A stretch of 64,000 nucleotides of DNA from positions 121,870,397-121,934,396 of the forward strand of contig CM097887.1 in NCBI GenBank assembly GCA_044892525.1, read 5' to 3'. Source of the stretch: Schmidtea polychroa (lineage: Eukaryota). Below the pieces are notes generated by a model. The model searched no databases and was not told the origin of the DNA. It worked only from the letters and a program-made list of their open reading frames with translations. Below, one piece after another: positions 26,122-39,900 of the stretch (positions are counted from its first letter, which is position 1; the number at the start of each line of letters is the position of its first letter). A program made the translations under genes and the position numbers.

Positions 26122-26989
26122 TGTTTCGACCAGTCAGAGGGGGATTGCCTCTGACTGGCATTTATTCGGTTTCTTTTTCTATCGCGTCTGTGTGCGCGGT
26201 CTGGTTAGACCGAATATTGTTGGTGTGCGCACACAGACGCGAGCAATGGATTGATATTGTAGGTAATTGTTAATTGTGTTTTTTTTTGTGAATTGATTGT
26301 TATATTGATATTGTAGAAATTCTAGAATTTGGTTTTTTGTTTGAAATGTGTAAATGTTCGAAAGTGGAGTTTTGGAATCAAAATTTGTAAATTCCTGTTT
26401 TTAAAAATGGCTTCAGGTGTGAAATGTGATCCTTCAGTTGAAGAAGAAGGATTTGATTACAAATTTATTAAAGCTTATGATGTTCCAAGCCAAGATCTTA
26501 TTTCTTATTTCGATGAAACCAGTGAATTCATTGAAAATGGCAGAAAATTTGGTGGAATATCAAGAAGTGGAATTATTTTGACGGCTTATTTAATGAAACA
26601 TTTTAAAGTTGGTCCAAACGATGCGATTGAGACAATTAAGGAAAAGTTAGTTATATGTCCAAATGATGGATTCAGGAAACAATTAAAGATATATTTCAAC
26701 ATGAATTGCAGTGATGAAATCAACAAATGCGCAAATACAGTTTCTCAAGCTCAATTTAAGTTATCAGCATCTTCAAAAGATTTAGTTCAATTCAAATTTA
26801 GAAATTGTCAATTTTTATTATTCGACAATTCAAGTGTTGTTGAGCACAGTAAAATGAAAGCTTCGAAAGCAATAAATGAAAGCACAATTTGCAATGAGGA
26901 AATACTTATCGAAGCTCTTCCTTGGATTGATAGCAGCAATGCAGACGGGGAAATGAAAATGACAGTGTTAAAGAATAAAATTTTAATGA
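26122..26989 (+). repeat. 3' LTR with the second DUSP12-like copy (ATG 26407); end hidden in a gap
   Basis: Begins TGTTTCG after the PPT; contains the hairpin ccagtcagagg/cctctgactgg; near-identical to the 5' LTR. Confidence 0.88.
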
Positions 26990-27459
26990 NNNNNNNNNNN
27001 NNNNNNNNNNNNNNNNNNNNNNNNNNNNNNNNNNNNNNNNNNNNNNNNNNNNNNNNNNNNNNNNNNNNNNNNNNNNNNNNNNNNNNNNNNNNNNNNNNNN
27101 NNNNNNNNNNNNNNNNNNNNNNNNNNNNNNNNNNNNNNNNNNNNNNNNNNNNNNNNNNNNNNNNNNNNNNNNNNNNNNNNNNNNNNNNNNNNNNNNNNNN
27201 NNNNNNNNNNNNNNNNNNNNNNNNNNNNNNNNNNNNNNGATAAGACGAAAGTGAATATAATACTTTTAAATTGATCGACAGGGGGAGTTCTTCAAACAAT
27301 GTAATTCAGAAAATACAAACCAATTAATTAATTAATGAAAATCAATAAATAATTTCAATTAGAAACAAAATTAGAAACAAAAATTTTTTTCCCACAAATT
27401 CAGTCGAAAATTAAATTAAAGGAGATGACGGACACGGAAGTATTCTATAAAAGAAGCCA

Positions 27460-27860
27460 GTGAATGGAATCGAACCATTATTTCATAAAAAAATTCGACG
27501 GCTGAGAAAAATAAAAGTGCTTCAAAGATTTCTCTCATTACGTAAAGAAATCTTTGAGCATCGAATCCAAATTATTTGTTCTGGAAAACCAGCTCATACT
27601 TCTCATTACCCACGTGCTGCATATTTGCATCTTGAATACCATATTAGTTTTTCATAATAATTTCCCACCAAAATATTTGCAAGAATATTTGTAGAAAAAA
27701 TGAATAACTAAAAGAATTTTTTAGCCAAATTGGCAATTATAATTTTTTTAATATTTTTATCAGTGTTGTGAAGTCATAAAAAATTAATTTTTAAGTGTGG
27801 CGCCTGAAAAAGAGTTTGAACGACATTGGTTTAACCAAAGAATATTTACGTATTTTTCAA
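27460..27860 (+). pseudogene. Small decayed hAT (Buster/SPIN-like) transposase remnant
   Basis: IRRLRKIKVLQRFLSLRKEI resembles VRWLSRGKVLxRFxxLRxEI. Confidence 0.35.
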
Positions 27861-30800
27861 TTGTATTGACACTACAAAAACGGTGGAATCATATGATTAG
27901 TAGATTCATCTTTATTTCTTGCAGAATCTTAAGGTTTTTAAGGAACCCGCTAGCAAGCGCTGAAATAAGGATGCGTGTATGACTGTGGCCTCTTGTGGAC
28001 TGAATATTTCAATGATCCATAACTGAGGTTGACAATGACCTTAAGAGCTGAAAATAGTTATGTTGACCTAAAAATCCAAGATAGAAAGAGTAGTATAAAT
28101 TTTAAGACACCAAAGCGCGAATAGATTTGAACTTTATAGGTAATACGTTGAGTGATCGACTATTCATAAATTTTAATTAAATTATATTAAAAATACCTAT
28201 TCGCAGATAATAGTGAAAATAAAACAACTTTGTTTAAACATCAGAATATGTTTAATTTGATAAATCTTTAAACGATCCTTTATCATTTTATCATTTCTTA
28301 ATCTTTATTCTAATGTGATTTCATTTCAAACATCAATAAGATATAGACTTGAGCCATACCGATTACCTTAATATTTAGTATTTTTACACATTTCATTGGT
28401 ATTGATTCCATAAAATTACCGGGAAAATCAAATTTATCGTCTAGATTGTCTTATGATATGGAAAGGAGCAGCATTAATGAAGGCAAATATGTCAAGAATT
28501 ATGGAGAAAGGTCTAATACTAAACCATGGCCATACTCAGTCAATCAAAATTGTGATCTAGTTATTGATAAACAAATTCTAATGGTAAACAAATATATCAA
28601 TAATATAAAAGTGCCAAAAAATTTATCGATTTTTCTCTAAGAAATTCCACCAATAGATTTTTTACAATTAATTCCCAAATGGTCATTGAAAATTTTAATT
28701 AATATAATTGTGTTAATGAAATTTATCAATGTTTTTAAAAAACTGAAGAGTTGACATGCAGGTTTTGTCGTAATTATCGATTGATGTCGACGATGTTTCG
28801 ACTTGTTAAGCGGAGAATGTCAGAAAGAAAAATATTTTGTATATAATTATTAAATTTTATAAGCATTGAAATTGAATTGAGTTTCCAAAAAAATAAAATT
28901 AAGTCATTTTTTTTTTCATTGAGCCATAATATTTTTCGCAACAGTTTTCATTCCGGTTCACTAAGCAATGATTTATTTACTCATTTTTTATTTTTCTTTT
29001 GGCAAGTCTGAATGAGCCGGTTCAAAGGTTTTATCTCCGTGAAGGCGGATTTAATTCTATCAGTAAAATTCTTAATTTTTTTGTCACCTTTGATCTGAAT
29101 TTTGACAAAAGATCAAAAATTTTTATTACATAAAAGGGCTTAACTTATGTAATGTTTAACCATGTCATAATTAATTTATATAAGGAAAAAATATACTCAC
29201 GAACTTGAAATAAGGACAAAAAATATGATCAATTGGAATAAATTAAAGGCATTGTTAGAGAAAGGCAGAAAAATAAATACACTACACGCAAAGTCCCTAT
29301 AATAAAATATACATCGGTAAACAAATTTTAAGGGCATGAACATTTTTAATTTAGAAATATGCAATCTCAGATTTAAAGAGGTGATTCTCATCGTAGACAA
29401 ACATCCAATAATCCAATAATCAAGACTAAAGAAAAATCCAGTGAAATCGCCTGTCTGATTTGATGCTGTTGACTTTGATCAGATTTAGGTGAGCAAGAAT
29501 TTAGGAATCTTTAGGAATAAAAATAAAAATAAAATTATGTTTAAATTTGAAATTCTATTTAATCACTTACCGCCATTGGATGCTATTACAAACTTTTACT
29601 GTACATACATTTAGTTGGTGACACAATGATGATATGAGTTCATCGTAAACTTAATTTGTGAGATAAAACATGTATTTATATACATATGATAAGAACGGTA
29701 TACAAAATAAATTGTGATATTTTATGTGGTCTGTGGGCGGAGTGATCAAATTTGGAGTCTGGTGACGAAGTTGCTGGGTTTCATCTTTTGCAAGATCAAT
29801 AAGCTCAAAACTAGTTTGCCATTAGCAATCGAAATATCACTTAAAAGACTTAATTTGATTCCATTTATTCATCCGAAAAGCCAACCTTTCATTTTATTAT
29901 TTTTATTATTATTTATTATAATTTAAATTTATTTTTATCAGTTTTTAGAAACATGAATGTTTGATGAGATAAAAATTTTCATACACATGATTTAAGACAG
30001 ACTTAACTCCATGAATGCCATTGTTTCTCTCATAAAGAAATATGTCAAAAATTCTAAAATTTTCAGAGTATTAATAAAAATATTGTGATGTCTCTATGTT
30101 TGAAATCAAAAATAATCTGTTGAGAATATATAATAAATAATTAATTACTCATCAAATTCATAGATCGATTTAAACAAATAATTTAATACATAATGTTTAA
30201 ATTTCCTTTCGTCCCATCCCATTGGACTTTTAAATCACTCTTTCTTCCTGGGAGATGAATGATAAAGAAAAAATTTATAAAACTCATTTAAATAAATAAA
30301 TCCTTTAAAAAAAAATTGAAAATATGTTATAAAATTTATGAAAGATCAATTTTTTCGTCAACATTTCTATTCAGATAAACAAAAAGTATTATCTGATTGT
30401 CAAAATAAAGGGGTCATGATAATGGTGCATCATAATTTGTAAGGGGAAAGCATTTTCTCTAAGAATTCTACTTAATTCTGAGTTGAATTTTTATGACTTC
30501 AGAAAAAATGTGACTTACTTGGAAAAGTTACTTTGAAGTTGTTAAAGAACGTAACATACGTAAGTACAGAAAAGTTTATTATTTTTTCGTTTTAAATAAT
30601 CTTGAGCTGAAGAGTTACCTCAATCGTCCTTCTCATCATTAGTAGGTGACTTCCTATTTATTTGAATCTGTAATTCAATGTTTGTAATAAAAGACTTTGA
30701 AAGATTTTGGTCAAATGTAGCTCCATAATAGGATGTCTCTCTTCATGCAGAGCTTATGTAAATATTTACCTCTAGTTTAATTACATATTATCTTTAATAT

Positions 30801-31139
30801 TATTTGGTAAACAATCAAATAGACAACCCCAATAAATAAATATATAATTTTATGTATTGAATATACAAGAGACTGGTCAGCGATTCGCCCAACAAGACAA
30901 TTGCATGTACAATAAAAATGTTTATAAAAGAAATGAAAATTTATCCATTCTTTCTACAGATAATCTATCTAAATTTTAATAATTCCAGATAAATTACCGA
31001 AAGCAATAAAAAAATAATAATTATATTCGATGTAGATAGTAAAAATGACTGAAACTAACAACATTCAGAGAAAAATTCAGAGATCAAGAGTTCGACATTC
31101 AGAGTGTCTTCTCAAACCTGCTCAATAAACATTGGGATA

Positions 31140-32213
31140 TTATTTTTTCTCAATAGTATCAGCACTGGAATCGGAGAATAGGTTAAGGAAATCAATTGGA
31201 ATCGGAAAAATTATTGTGGAGTTCTTTTCGTCTGAAATGCTTCGTAATGTTTGGAGATATCTTAGCTGTAGGGCAATGGGACAATCACTTATTTGAATTG
31301 CAGCAGCTTTAAGGGCGACAGAAGCTCGTTTCTCTCCTTCAGCAGCTATTACTTTTGCCTTTGCTTCTCGGGCAGCTTCTGCTTCAGCAGCCATGGCTCG
31401 TTGGAGTTGGATTGGTAATCTCACATCCTTTATGTCTACCCTTTCAACTTTTACACCCCAGGTTTCAGTCGCTGTATCTAAACACCCTTGCATGTTTGAA
31501 GCAATTTGTTCTCGTTCTGCTAATAATTGATATAAATCAACTGTTCCTAACACATTTCTCAATGTTGTTTGAGCTAAGAGTCTTGTTGATCTATTGGCAT
31601 CTTCGACATTAACAACAGACATAATGGGATTGAATATTCTGTAATAAACAACAGCGTCAACAGCAACAGTTACGGAGTCTTTTGTTAAAACTTCTTGAGT
31701 CGGTACATTGAATGTGAATGTTCTTAAATCTACGAGTTTCATTGAGTCTAAGCAAGGTAAAACAAATACAAGACCTGGGCCTTTTGGCTGTTTTGATATG
31801 AGCCTACCTAATCGAAAAATTACAGCCCTTTCATATTGGGCGACAACTTTCAAGCAAGCAAACAATGAAAACGGAAACGTTATTGCTGCTGTAAGATACG
31901 ACAAAGCTTGAATGGCCGATTCGCATCCTGACATGGCCGCGTTGTATCCCGCTTCTCCAGTTTGATTTTCAACGTTTTCAAACACCAAAGAAAAACCTCG
32001 ATTGGTCGTTGGCTGCGAAGGCGCTCCGCTATTAGCTGAACTGGATGTGTTTTTGTTGATCGAACTGGAAACTTTTGATTGTTTCGTCGATTTTCCATTG
32101 TTGTTGAAATCTATTTTACTGTTTGTTCCATGCTCCAGCATCGGTTGGCTATCGCTGAGATTTGTGTCTAAGTTTTCGTCGGCCATCTCCTTAGAAAATG
32201 ACACCGTGTGCAT
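31140..32213 (-). CDS. Stomatin/band-7 (SPFH) family protein, mec-2/stomatin-like, intronless
   Basis: Hydrophobic hairpin TFPFSLFACLKVV; QYERAVIFRLGRL; GPGLVFVLPC; DLRT; VLTKDSVTVAVDAVVYYRI; LLAQTTLRNVLG; RAMAAEAEAAREAKAKVIAAEGE; ALQLRYLQTL. Confidence 0.95.
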   Translation of the reverse strand: MHTVSFSKEMADENLDTNLSDSQPMLEHGTNSKIDFNNNGKSTKQSKVSSSINKNTSSSANSGAPSQPTTNRGFSLVFENVENQTGEAGYNAAMSGCESAIQALSYLTAAITFPFSLFACLKVVAQYERAVIFRLGRLISKQPKGPGLVFVLPCLDSMKLVDLRTFTFNVPTQEVLTKDSVTVAVDAVVYYRIFNPIMSVVNVEDANRSTRLLAQTTLRNVLGTVDLYQLLAEREQIASNMQGCLDTATETWGVKVERVDIKDVRLPIQLQRAMAAEAEAAREAKAKVIAAEGEKRASVALKAAAIQISDCPIALQLRYLQTLRSISDEKNSTIIFPIPIDFLNLFSDSSADTIEKK

Positions 32214-32855
32214 TAGATTTTAGCGCTCAGTGAATAAAACCCATCCGATTTTCGTATGTCACTGAAATTTCAAACAAAACAGAGAGATTTTGTTTTAATT
32301 GATGATAATCAGAAAATTTGTGCACTTTTGAAAAATTTTATTGTAATCAATAAGCAAGTCGAATAAGAAGCGATATCTTTTAATTTCACAGTGGAGTAAT
32401 GGGAGAGAGAGCAATTTATTTAGTCGACTAATGAAGTAGAGAAATGCAGATAGGCAAAAACGGTTACTGTATTACTGGGTTTCATTGTCTTTAGAGAGCA
32501 GAAAAGAATTTCTCCTAGTTTTGTCACTGCAATATTACTTTTTTCTGTTTCATCCAGTAGGGCTAGTGAAAATTTGCACCAATACAAATACTGGTATTTG
32601 ACGATAACAATATTTTGTGTATCTAAATTTCTAAACTTTTGCCATTTCAATGGTAAAATAAATATTTTTTTGAAAAACTTTTTTGTTCGCTTTATTGTTT
32701 CAAAAAAAATCTTGTTTTTTGTTTGTTTGAATTAATTTTAAATTTATTTTAACTGGTGAAAAATTTGATTTAGTAATTAAATTTTAAAATTTTCAAATAA
32801 ACGTTTTTAATTTAAATAATAAAAAATAATTTATTATTATAAGAATTTCTTTCGA

Positions 32856-33050
32856 TTTTCACCTCTGATTTCTTTTCAATTGACAATGTATTTATTTCAA
32901 AATTTGGCTATCAACACCAGTAAAGATATCGATGTTTCCTGATGCTCGCGAACTTTCGGCACAGTTTTTTGACAGTGATTTTGAAAAGGATTGTGTCGAA
33001 ATTTTGCCAGTATCAGGATACATCGATATATTTTTACTGATTTATAGTTA
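32856..33050. repeat. Foldback/palindromic dispersed repeat, copy D (diverged)
   Basis: ttttcacctctgatttcttttcaattg head; gatatcgatgtttcctgat / atcaggatacatcgatat arms. Confidence 0.55.
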
Positions 33051-34359
33051 ATTTTTGAAATAAATACAATGATTAATTAGATAAAATTTTTCAAAAATAT
33101 TTTTAAGTAAATTAATTTGTTCAAGTTCTCCAATTTTCAGAAATATTGTAAATGGAAATTTTAATAAGATATCAATAGTAATTTTAAATAAATTTAAATA
33201 ATTAATTAATTATCAAAAGTTTAATGGATAATTTTTAATTTTGTAATTAACGAAAAAGTTTTTATGAATGATGACACAGAAAATTTGTGGTTCTAATGCA
33301 TGACCAAATTTAATATTATGANNNNNNNNNNNNNNNNNNNNNNNNNNNNNNNNNNNNNNNNNNNNNNNNNNNNNNNNNNNNNNNNNNNNNNNNNNNNNNN
33401 NNNNNNNNNNNNNNNNNNNNNNNNNNNNNNNNNNNNNNNNNNNNNNNNNNNNNNNNNNNNNNNNNNNNNNNNNNNNNNNNNNNNNNNNNNNNNNNNNNNN
33501 NNNNNNNNNNNNNNNNNNNNNNNNNNNNCATTAAATTTTTAGTGCGAATGGTGTGGTGGTATAGTTTAGAGGTTCCCAATTTTTTTTGTCATGTGGACCA
33601 CTTGCCATGTTTTGCGGTTTGGTTAGACCCCCTTACCTTATATTGAATTTTTGCAAATTCATCAACTTAAAATGTATTTTTGAAAGAAATGAATGAAATG
33701 AAGCCAAACTTCAAATAATTAACACTGTACTGCCTACATTTATTTTTAGATTCGGACATTTTTAGTATCAGTTATCTAGGGATAAAATTAATCTATTTAA
33801 ATAAGACATAACAATAATAAAAATTTAAATTTAAAGATAGAGAAGTATTATAATACCGATTAATAATATTTAAAAAAGACAAAAAAATATTGTTGTTTTT
33901 AATTTTTAAATTTAAATTTAAAATGCAGCATAAATTCGAAAAAATGTTTAAACAATATTTAATTTATAAATAAGAGTATGAAATAAGGAGTGTTAATAAT
34001 ATTTTATAATTTCTTGCATTAATTTTATTTATGACCAGTTCATAAAGTTTTATTTTATAGGTACTTTTATAATTTATATAGATAGTTACATATCTTTATA
34101 ATATAAGGTAGTGTTATGTAAGTAGATAGGTACTATTTGTGTATGTAGATTATTCCATTCATGGAATGCAAAAATTAATGTCACGACCTCCTTATATGAG
34201 TTCCACTATCTTTGATCTCCATTTTCGTTTCATTGAACCCCAATTTCTTCCCGCTGATATGAACCCTTGCAGGTCATTGTCGACCCCTTGAAGCCGACAT
34301 GTAGCACTTTGGGAATCACTGGTATAGTCGGTGAAATTAAATATTATTGGTGGTGGATT

Positions 34360-35960
34360 TAATAGAAATAAAACTATTGATAAAAATTTATAATCTTTGA
34401 TAGCCCAAGAAAAACACAATTGGAAAAAAGTGCTAGAAAGATTAATAAACATAACATTATTTCTAGCGATAAATAATTTGGCATTTCGTGGGTCTTGTGA
34501 TGTTATTTATTCCACATAATGGATATTTTCTCGGTCTGGTTGAAAGTTAGGGAAAGTTTGATTTAACATTAAATGAGCATTTGCAGAGGGTAGTCTCATA
34601 AGAAATTCGTATTCATTATTGTGAAAAAACTATTCAAAACAAATTAATAAGTACACTTGGAGATATGACAAAAAGCCATATTTTGGATTGTGCTCGTAAA
34701 TCGAAGTGTTTTTCCATTATTTTAGACTACACACCTGATATATGCCATATAGAACAGCTTTTCATAACTTTAAGATTTTATGATGTTCAGGATATGGAGA
34801 TAAAAGAACATTTCTTATCATTCAAACCAGTTTTTGATTCTACTGGATAAGGATTATATGAAAATATTATGGAAAATTAAAAAGAATTTAATTTGGAAAT
34901 AGCAAATTGTAAAGGTCAAGGCTATGATAACGGTGCCTTATGGAAGGTAAAATGAAGGTGTGCAAGCTATGATTTTAAAAGGAAATTCGCGCGCGTTTTT
35001 TATGACTTGCGGATAATTAAATTAATTTTTTCAAATTGTTTTTTATCGAATCGTTTTAGTAACATTATCAGTTTGGCACACCTTTTGTCAAATCCGTGCT
35101 AAAACCTACTTTTGAAATGAGTAACGCTATTCAACTTCTTTAAAATTGTAAAACTTTTTTAGAGGAATATAGGGATTCTGATTTTTCTGATACTCAAGAA
35201 CAGTGATTCCCAGACTTTTTTTGTCGGCGGAACCCCAATACACTTATTTTTAATAAATTCCTAGTGTCAGAGCTCGATGTTCAGGATATGGAGATAAAAG
35301 AACTGCTCTAGAATCATCCAAAACACTTGCTGATCTGTTGAACATCAACTCACAATTTAAAACTATAAGGACCAGACTGCGAAAGAAACAATGATGATGA
35401 AATTCCTGATGCAAATGATCCAGGAAAATATTACAAAAATCACATTTTTAATGTAATGCTTGATCAGTCGTTAGTGTCTATATATGAAAGAGTTCAACAA
35501 ATGAAAGATTTCGAAGAGTCGTGGGGCTTTTTGTTCAAAATTAAAAATAATACAAATCGTAATGAGCTGCTGAAGAATTTTAAAGTCTTACACAGAAGAT
35601 TAAAAAGCAAGCAGTAATATAACTGAAATCGATGTTGTGATAGGAAATCGAATCATTGAAGCAGATGATGCAAATGACCCTTTAAAATGTTTAAACTTTA
35701 TAAATTACAATAACTTGAAGAGCACAGTGCCAAATCTGTAGGTGGCTTTGCGGTTTCTTGTAACAATTCCGGTTAGTGTAAAAGAAGTGACGAAAGAAGT
35801 ATTAGTAAATTAAAATCAATAAAAACTTATTTGCGATCGACTATGACAGAAGATAGGTTGAATAATTTGGTTATTCTTTCAATTGAAAATGAACTTGTAG
35901 CAAACCTCAATCTTGAGACAACAATCGAAAGTTTTGCAGGCATGAAAGCCAGGAAGAAAA
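34360..35960 (+). pseudogene. Degenerate hAT transposase (ZMYM1/Tip100-like), many stops and frameshifts
   Basis: WKKVLERLINITLFLAINNLAFRG; FSIILDYTPDICHIEQL..LRF; GQGYDNGA; RSTMTEDRLNNLVILSIE; FAGMKARK. Confidence 0.8.
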
Positions 35961-36071
35961 TTTTATATAATTTTAGTTATATTATATATTATATTACAGT
36001 TATATTATTTTTACATTTAAAATTATATTATTATATAAAATATTATATAAAATATATCTTACACTAATGAA

Positions 36072-36310
36072 TTAACCCTTTAACGCACAAGCCCGAGCAT
36101 AACTCGGGTAAGTGTTACTAGCAAATTTGTGCATGCGCGAGAGACATTTGGGTATACGAAATATAAAGTTTTGTTTAAGATTCACTAACCATTATATCTC
36201 GGGCAGTGTAATAAATTTATATATATAAAGCGAAATGAATAAAATATATAGAAAAATGACAATAAAAAATACCATTAAATACACATTTTATTAACCCCTT
36301 AACGCACTTT
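36072..36310. mobile_element. piggyBac-like terminal fragments (two same-orientation ends)
   Basis: TTAA-CCCTTTAACGCAC at 36072 and TTAA-CCCCTTAACGCAC at 36291; cccgag/ctcggg subterminal motifs like those of the 14.1-kb element. Confidence 0.45.
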
Positions 36311-36949
36311 TTTTTGATACAACGGCAAAAATAAATCATTTTTTATTATTAGTATTATTTTTATTTTTATTATTTCATAAATTTATTACACTGCCCGAGT
36401 TATCTTTAAAAGTTATCTTTAATTTTTTATTGACTTTTTTATTCTTCTGTCAATTTTTCTATAGCGATAATTTACTATAGTAATGACCAGGCTTCAAAGG
36501 ATCTTGTCCGTTCAGTTTGTGTCGCCAGGATGTTATAAAACTATGACCCTGGGCAAAAGTTCGATAAATTATCGCTATATAGTTTTTTTAAGTTTTTTTA
36601 AAATTTTTCTACACGCAACACGCGACTTTTAAAACTACAATCCTTATTAGACAATAAAAAAAATATAGTATAACAGTTTATTACACCTAGTTTAAAAGAT
36701 ATTATAATTTAAACAAAATTAAATTTAAAAGTATAATTTTGTCAAATTAGTAAATCCTGGGAATGACCAAACTTAACAGAACAATATGTCAAATTAATAA
36801 ATTCTTTGAATGATAAAAATTTGACCCAAAAGGACAATTTCGGCGATTCAATAAATTCTAAGTATAATAAATCTTAATATTAAATGAGAAACATAATATT
36901 AACAAGAAACCAGGCATGAAATTTCCCAAAATTAGGAGAAAAATATGAA

Positions 36950-39900
36950 CTATAGTAAAGCATATGAAGCATAGAATTTTGCCAACACTAGAAATAGCAA
37001 TTAATATGAACCGGCCGCCAAGATTCGTCCGGAAGTTAAAGAATAAATACCTTAATCTCCACGCAATGGTAAACGACCTGCAGCTCATAGTGATCACTAA
37101 GAGGTCGGAATAGCAGACTCGTGATGACAAGGAATGAGGAGTTGAAAGAGTGTCGTTAGCGAAATACTTACATGGGGAGGGAGTAGGGGTAAGCTACGGG
37201 CGAGTAAGCAATAACCAAATACCGAGACAGAGACCCTGAGGTGAAGTGACATCGATGCCGTCCCGACCCAAATTAATCGAAATAAGGCGATGGTTTTGAT
37301 TAATAAACCTTTATTCAGAAAATGTCCAGTATCGCAAGACCCAACAGAGATGCCGCAGCCGGTCCACCCGAAGTGAACCAAGAACAGAGAACCCAAGCCG
37401 GACATGAAGATGCACCCGAAAAAATCGACCACCCGGCTACGAACTGAGTGGATCTGGTACAAGTTCCACTCGTTGAACGACGGATACCATCAAGATCGAG
37501 CTGACCTCATCAGCGGAAAAGCATGACTAGCCAACCCCAAGACGGAGCAATTTCTAAATCCGGCCTTGGAAGCTAATGAGAGGGTCATTCAAGTCGTCCA
37601 GGACGCGATCCGGAGCCTCCTGCTGACGGATCAGGAAATTCGATCAGGCGCCCTGGAAAATCTCAGTGGGAACGCCCGGGTTTGCTTAGATCCAACACTG
37701 CTCGCCGAGCTGAACGCCTGGCACGCCAGGTCCGAGCGAGAAGCCAAAGAGGCGCTCCCTGCTCAGGAGCCTGGTCCTCGAAATTGTGACGGACCCCGGA
37801 AGCTGGCAAGACTCGACAACAACTGAATTGCGAGGTCCAGAAAGGCAATCCACATAGATATTTATTTACCTTATATTCATAAACGTTGTGATTAATTCAG
37901 TTATTATTGTATTTTCTGTTTAATTTTCTACTATTCTTATTTATGTAAGTACGATGCCTGCATGTCACTGGCAGAACGAATAATAAAATTTTTCTTCCTT
38001 ATTGGTGTTGATTAAGAGTGAAAGGAAAGTGAATGGTGAATGGGGATTAACAAAGATCGCGGGGAACTAAACCTTACCTACCGGTACAAATTCATGTGTA
38101 TTGATGAAATTCATAACTTAGACACATACTACCTATGTTTTATCATTTTGTTTTACAGTGATCGAATTACTCTCAAGGATGCGAGAAGACCGGTAGAAGG
38201 CGGAGGGCAAGTGGAGACTCTCCAAAGCAGAGTTACCAAGTTCAAGGGCCGGTGCCGGGAACTAGAGGGCACTAGGTTCTGCCCTGACGAAATGCGAAAA
38301 AGGATGCAACTCGTCCAGCAGTTGCCACTACAAGCCGCGTAGGATCAGGCGGAGATCCGGGCAGAAGCTAGATCGAGATGCGACCCAACAGATCCGCCCT
38401 ATGGTGTTGGGACTTGCGGAGCTTCACCCGCCCGTACCATCTACAAGCTGACACAAGAGGAAGCGCCCGGACGAAATGCCGTCTGAATGCACTTGGTCGA
38501 ACTCGGCATCCAACAACAGAGCTGGCCCGTACCCATTCGTGCTAACTTAATGAAGTTTTTGTGTTAATTCAATGTATTAAGATTTTGTTATAAAATTTCG
38601 GTTAAATTAAATAATTAGAATGGACCTGATTATTCTCCTTTTATTATAATTCCAACGCTAGGTTAGAAAGGGTGAGGCAGGTCGACTCATAAACAAGAGT
38701 GGTTGCCAAGCATGACATACAACTCGGATAATAGAGGGAGAATGAAAGGTGTGCCGTAAGGGATCGGAGCACAATCTATCGACTGGTACCAAGTGGAGCC
38801 AAATGCCATCAACAAGAAAAATATTTTGAAGCAGCTCATCGGCCGATTCGCTTGACCAAGGGACAGCTTAGCATTAGCATTATTGTATTTATTCTTTATC
38901 GTATACACCGTAATTTAAATAGTAACTTATAATTTCTATTTTATGTTTATATATGGTGTCTCAAATCTTCTCATTCAAAGGCCTCCCGACAAGACTACAA
39001 TGACTTCTTTATCCTGCCCACTGAAGGCATAACAATTGTCCACTACATCCTCAAGCAATTTATCACCTGATTGCACCAACGATTCCAGCTGCAATTCCTC
39101 AAGGCCTCAACACGACAATTCATTGATACTTATACAACCACCCCTGAACGACACCAACTTTCAACAGCTATAACAGAGTCCTCTCTGATCCTGCTTCCCG
39201 TCATAAACAATTATCGATTCGGAGGAGTCCCTCTCAAATCAATACCGTCACTGGTTAACCGCTCTCCAGAATCGAATAAAGGATTTGCTATTCTGAACTG
39301 TTGCAGCGCTCAATGTGGTGGGGTTCGCTACGTTATCTAATATCGAACCTGCTTTTGTCTGATGTCTTCGATTTTGTTGACTCTCTGTGTTTATGGTTTT
39401 TACTGTGATCGTTTTCTTTCTACTTGAACCGGTGCTGTTTGTGTGTCTTAATATGGTTAACTACAGCTGTTTCCTATACATGAAGCTCAAATCTGGAAAC
39501 CTGTCTCTTAAACTGGCATCACTCTTGAACCGAACCTCAGAGGCCGACCTTCGAATTGCCAACTCAATCGCAAACCGTGATAAACTGATAACAAGTGGTG
39601 AAATTCTGCTATGTTTTGGTGGTTGTAAAACTCGGTTTTCAAACTCTTGTTTTATGGTTCTCACAGTACTCTATCAATCCATTACCCCGGCTCCTCAACC
39701 ACTCTATCTATACCAATGCAATCATATTCCCAAACCCACAGATGCAGCTCGAATATCACAATGATCCAGTACCAATCCGATGATATCCCCAATCATTTTC
39801 CCATAGCTGGCTATGGAAACAATTTTGAAAAATGTTTGACGCTTGAGTCCTATACTCGGCGCCCTTTGACTGTATTTTTAAAAATCTTTATTAATGAAGG

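Larger units (their letters stand above)
21738..26989 (+). mobile_element. Non-autonomous Bel/Pao LTR retrotransposon with captured host-like sequences (both outer ends fall in N gaps; inferred about 21719-27008)
   Basis: Near-identical direct repeats (21738-22562 vs 26141-26988); 5' LTR ends ...TTCA at 22583, directly followed by a PBS; PPT AAGGAGGGGGGAAA at 26108-26121, then TGT at 26122; Pao-type Gag with three Cys/His knuckles and a protease (ALLDDAS, IDVLIGSDY, TPLGW). No RT, RNase H or IN. Confidence 0.9.

Noticed and set aside
21738-26989. Simple tandem gene duplication of a DUSP-ubiquitin gene
   Set aside because: The repeat boundaries coincide with PPT-TG and CA-PBS and enclose Pao gag-protease, so they are LTRs.
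11463-33579. ORFs with poly-X runs (11463, 12323, 12327, 12354, 14867, 14907, 14917, 17446, 21227, 21237, 26808, 33300, 33316)
   Set aside because: Artefacts of reading through N gaps.
39400-39700. Minus-strand WQFEG...RVMPV as an integrase GPY/F remnant
   Set aside because: Too degenerate, and no upstream DDE motifs were found.
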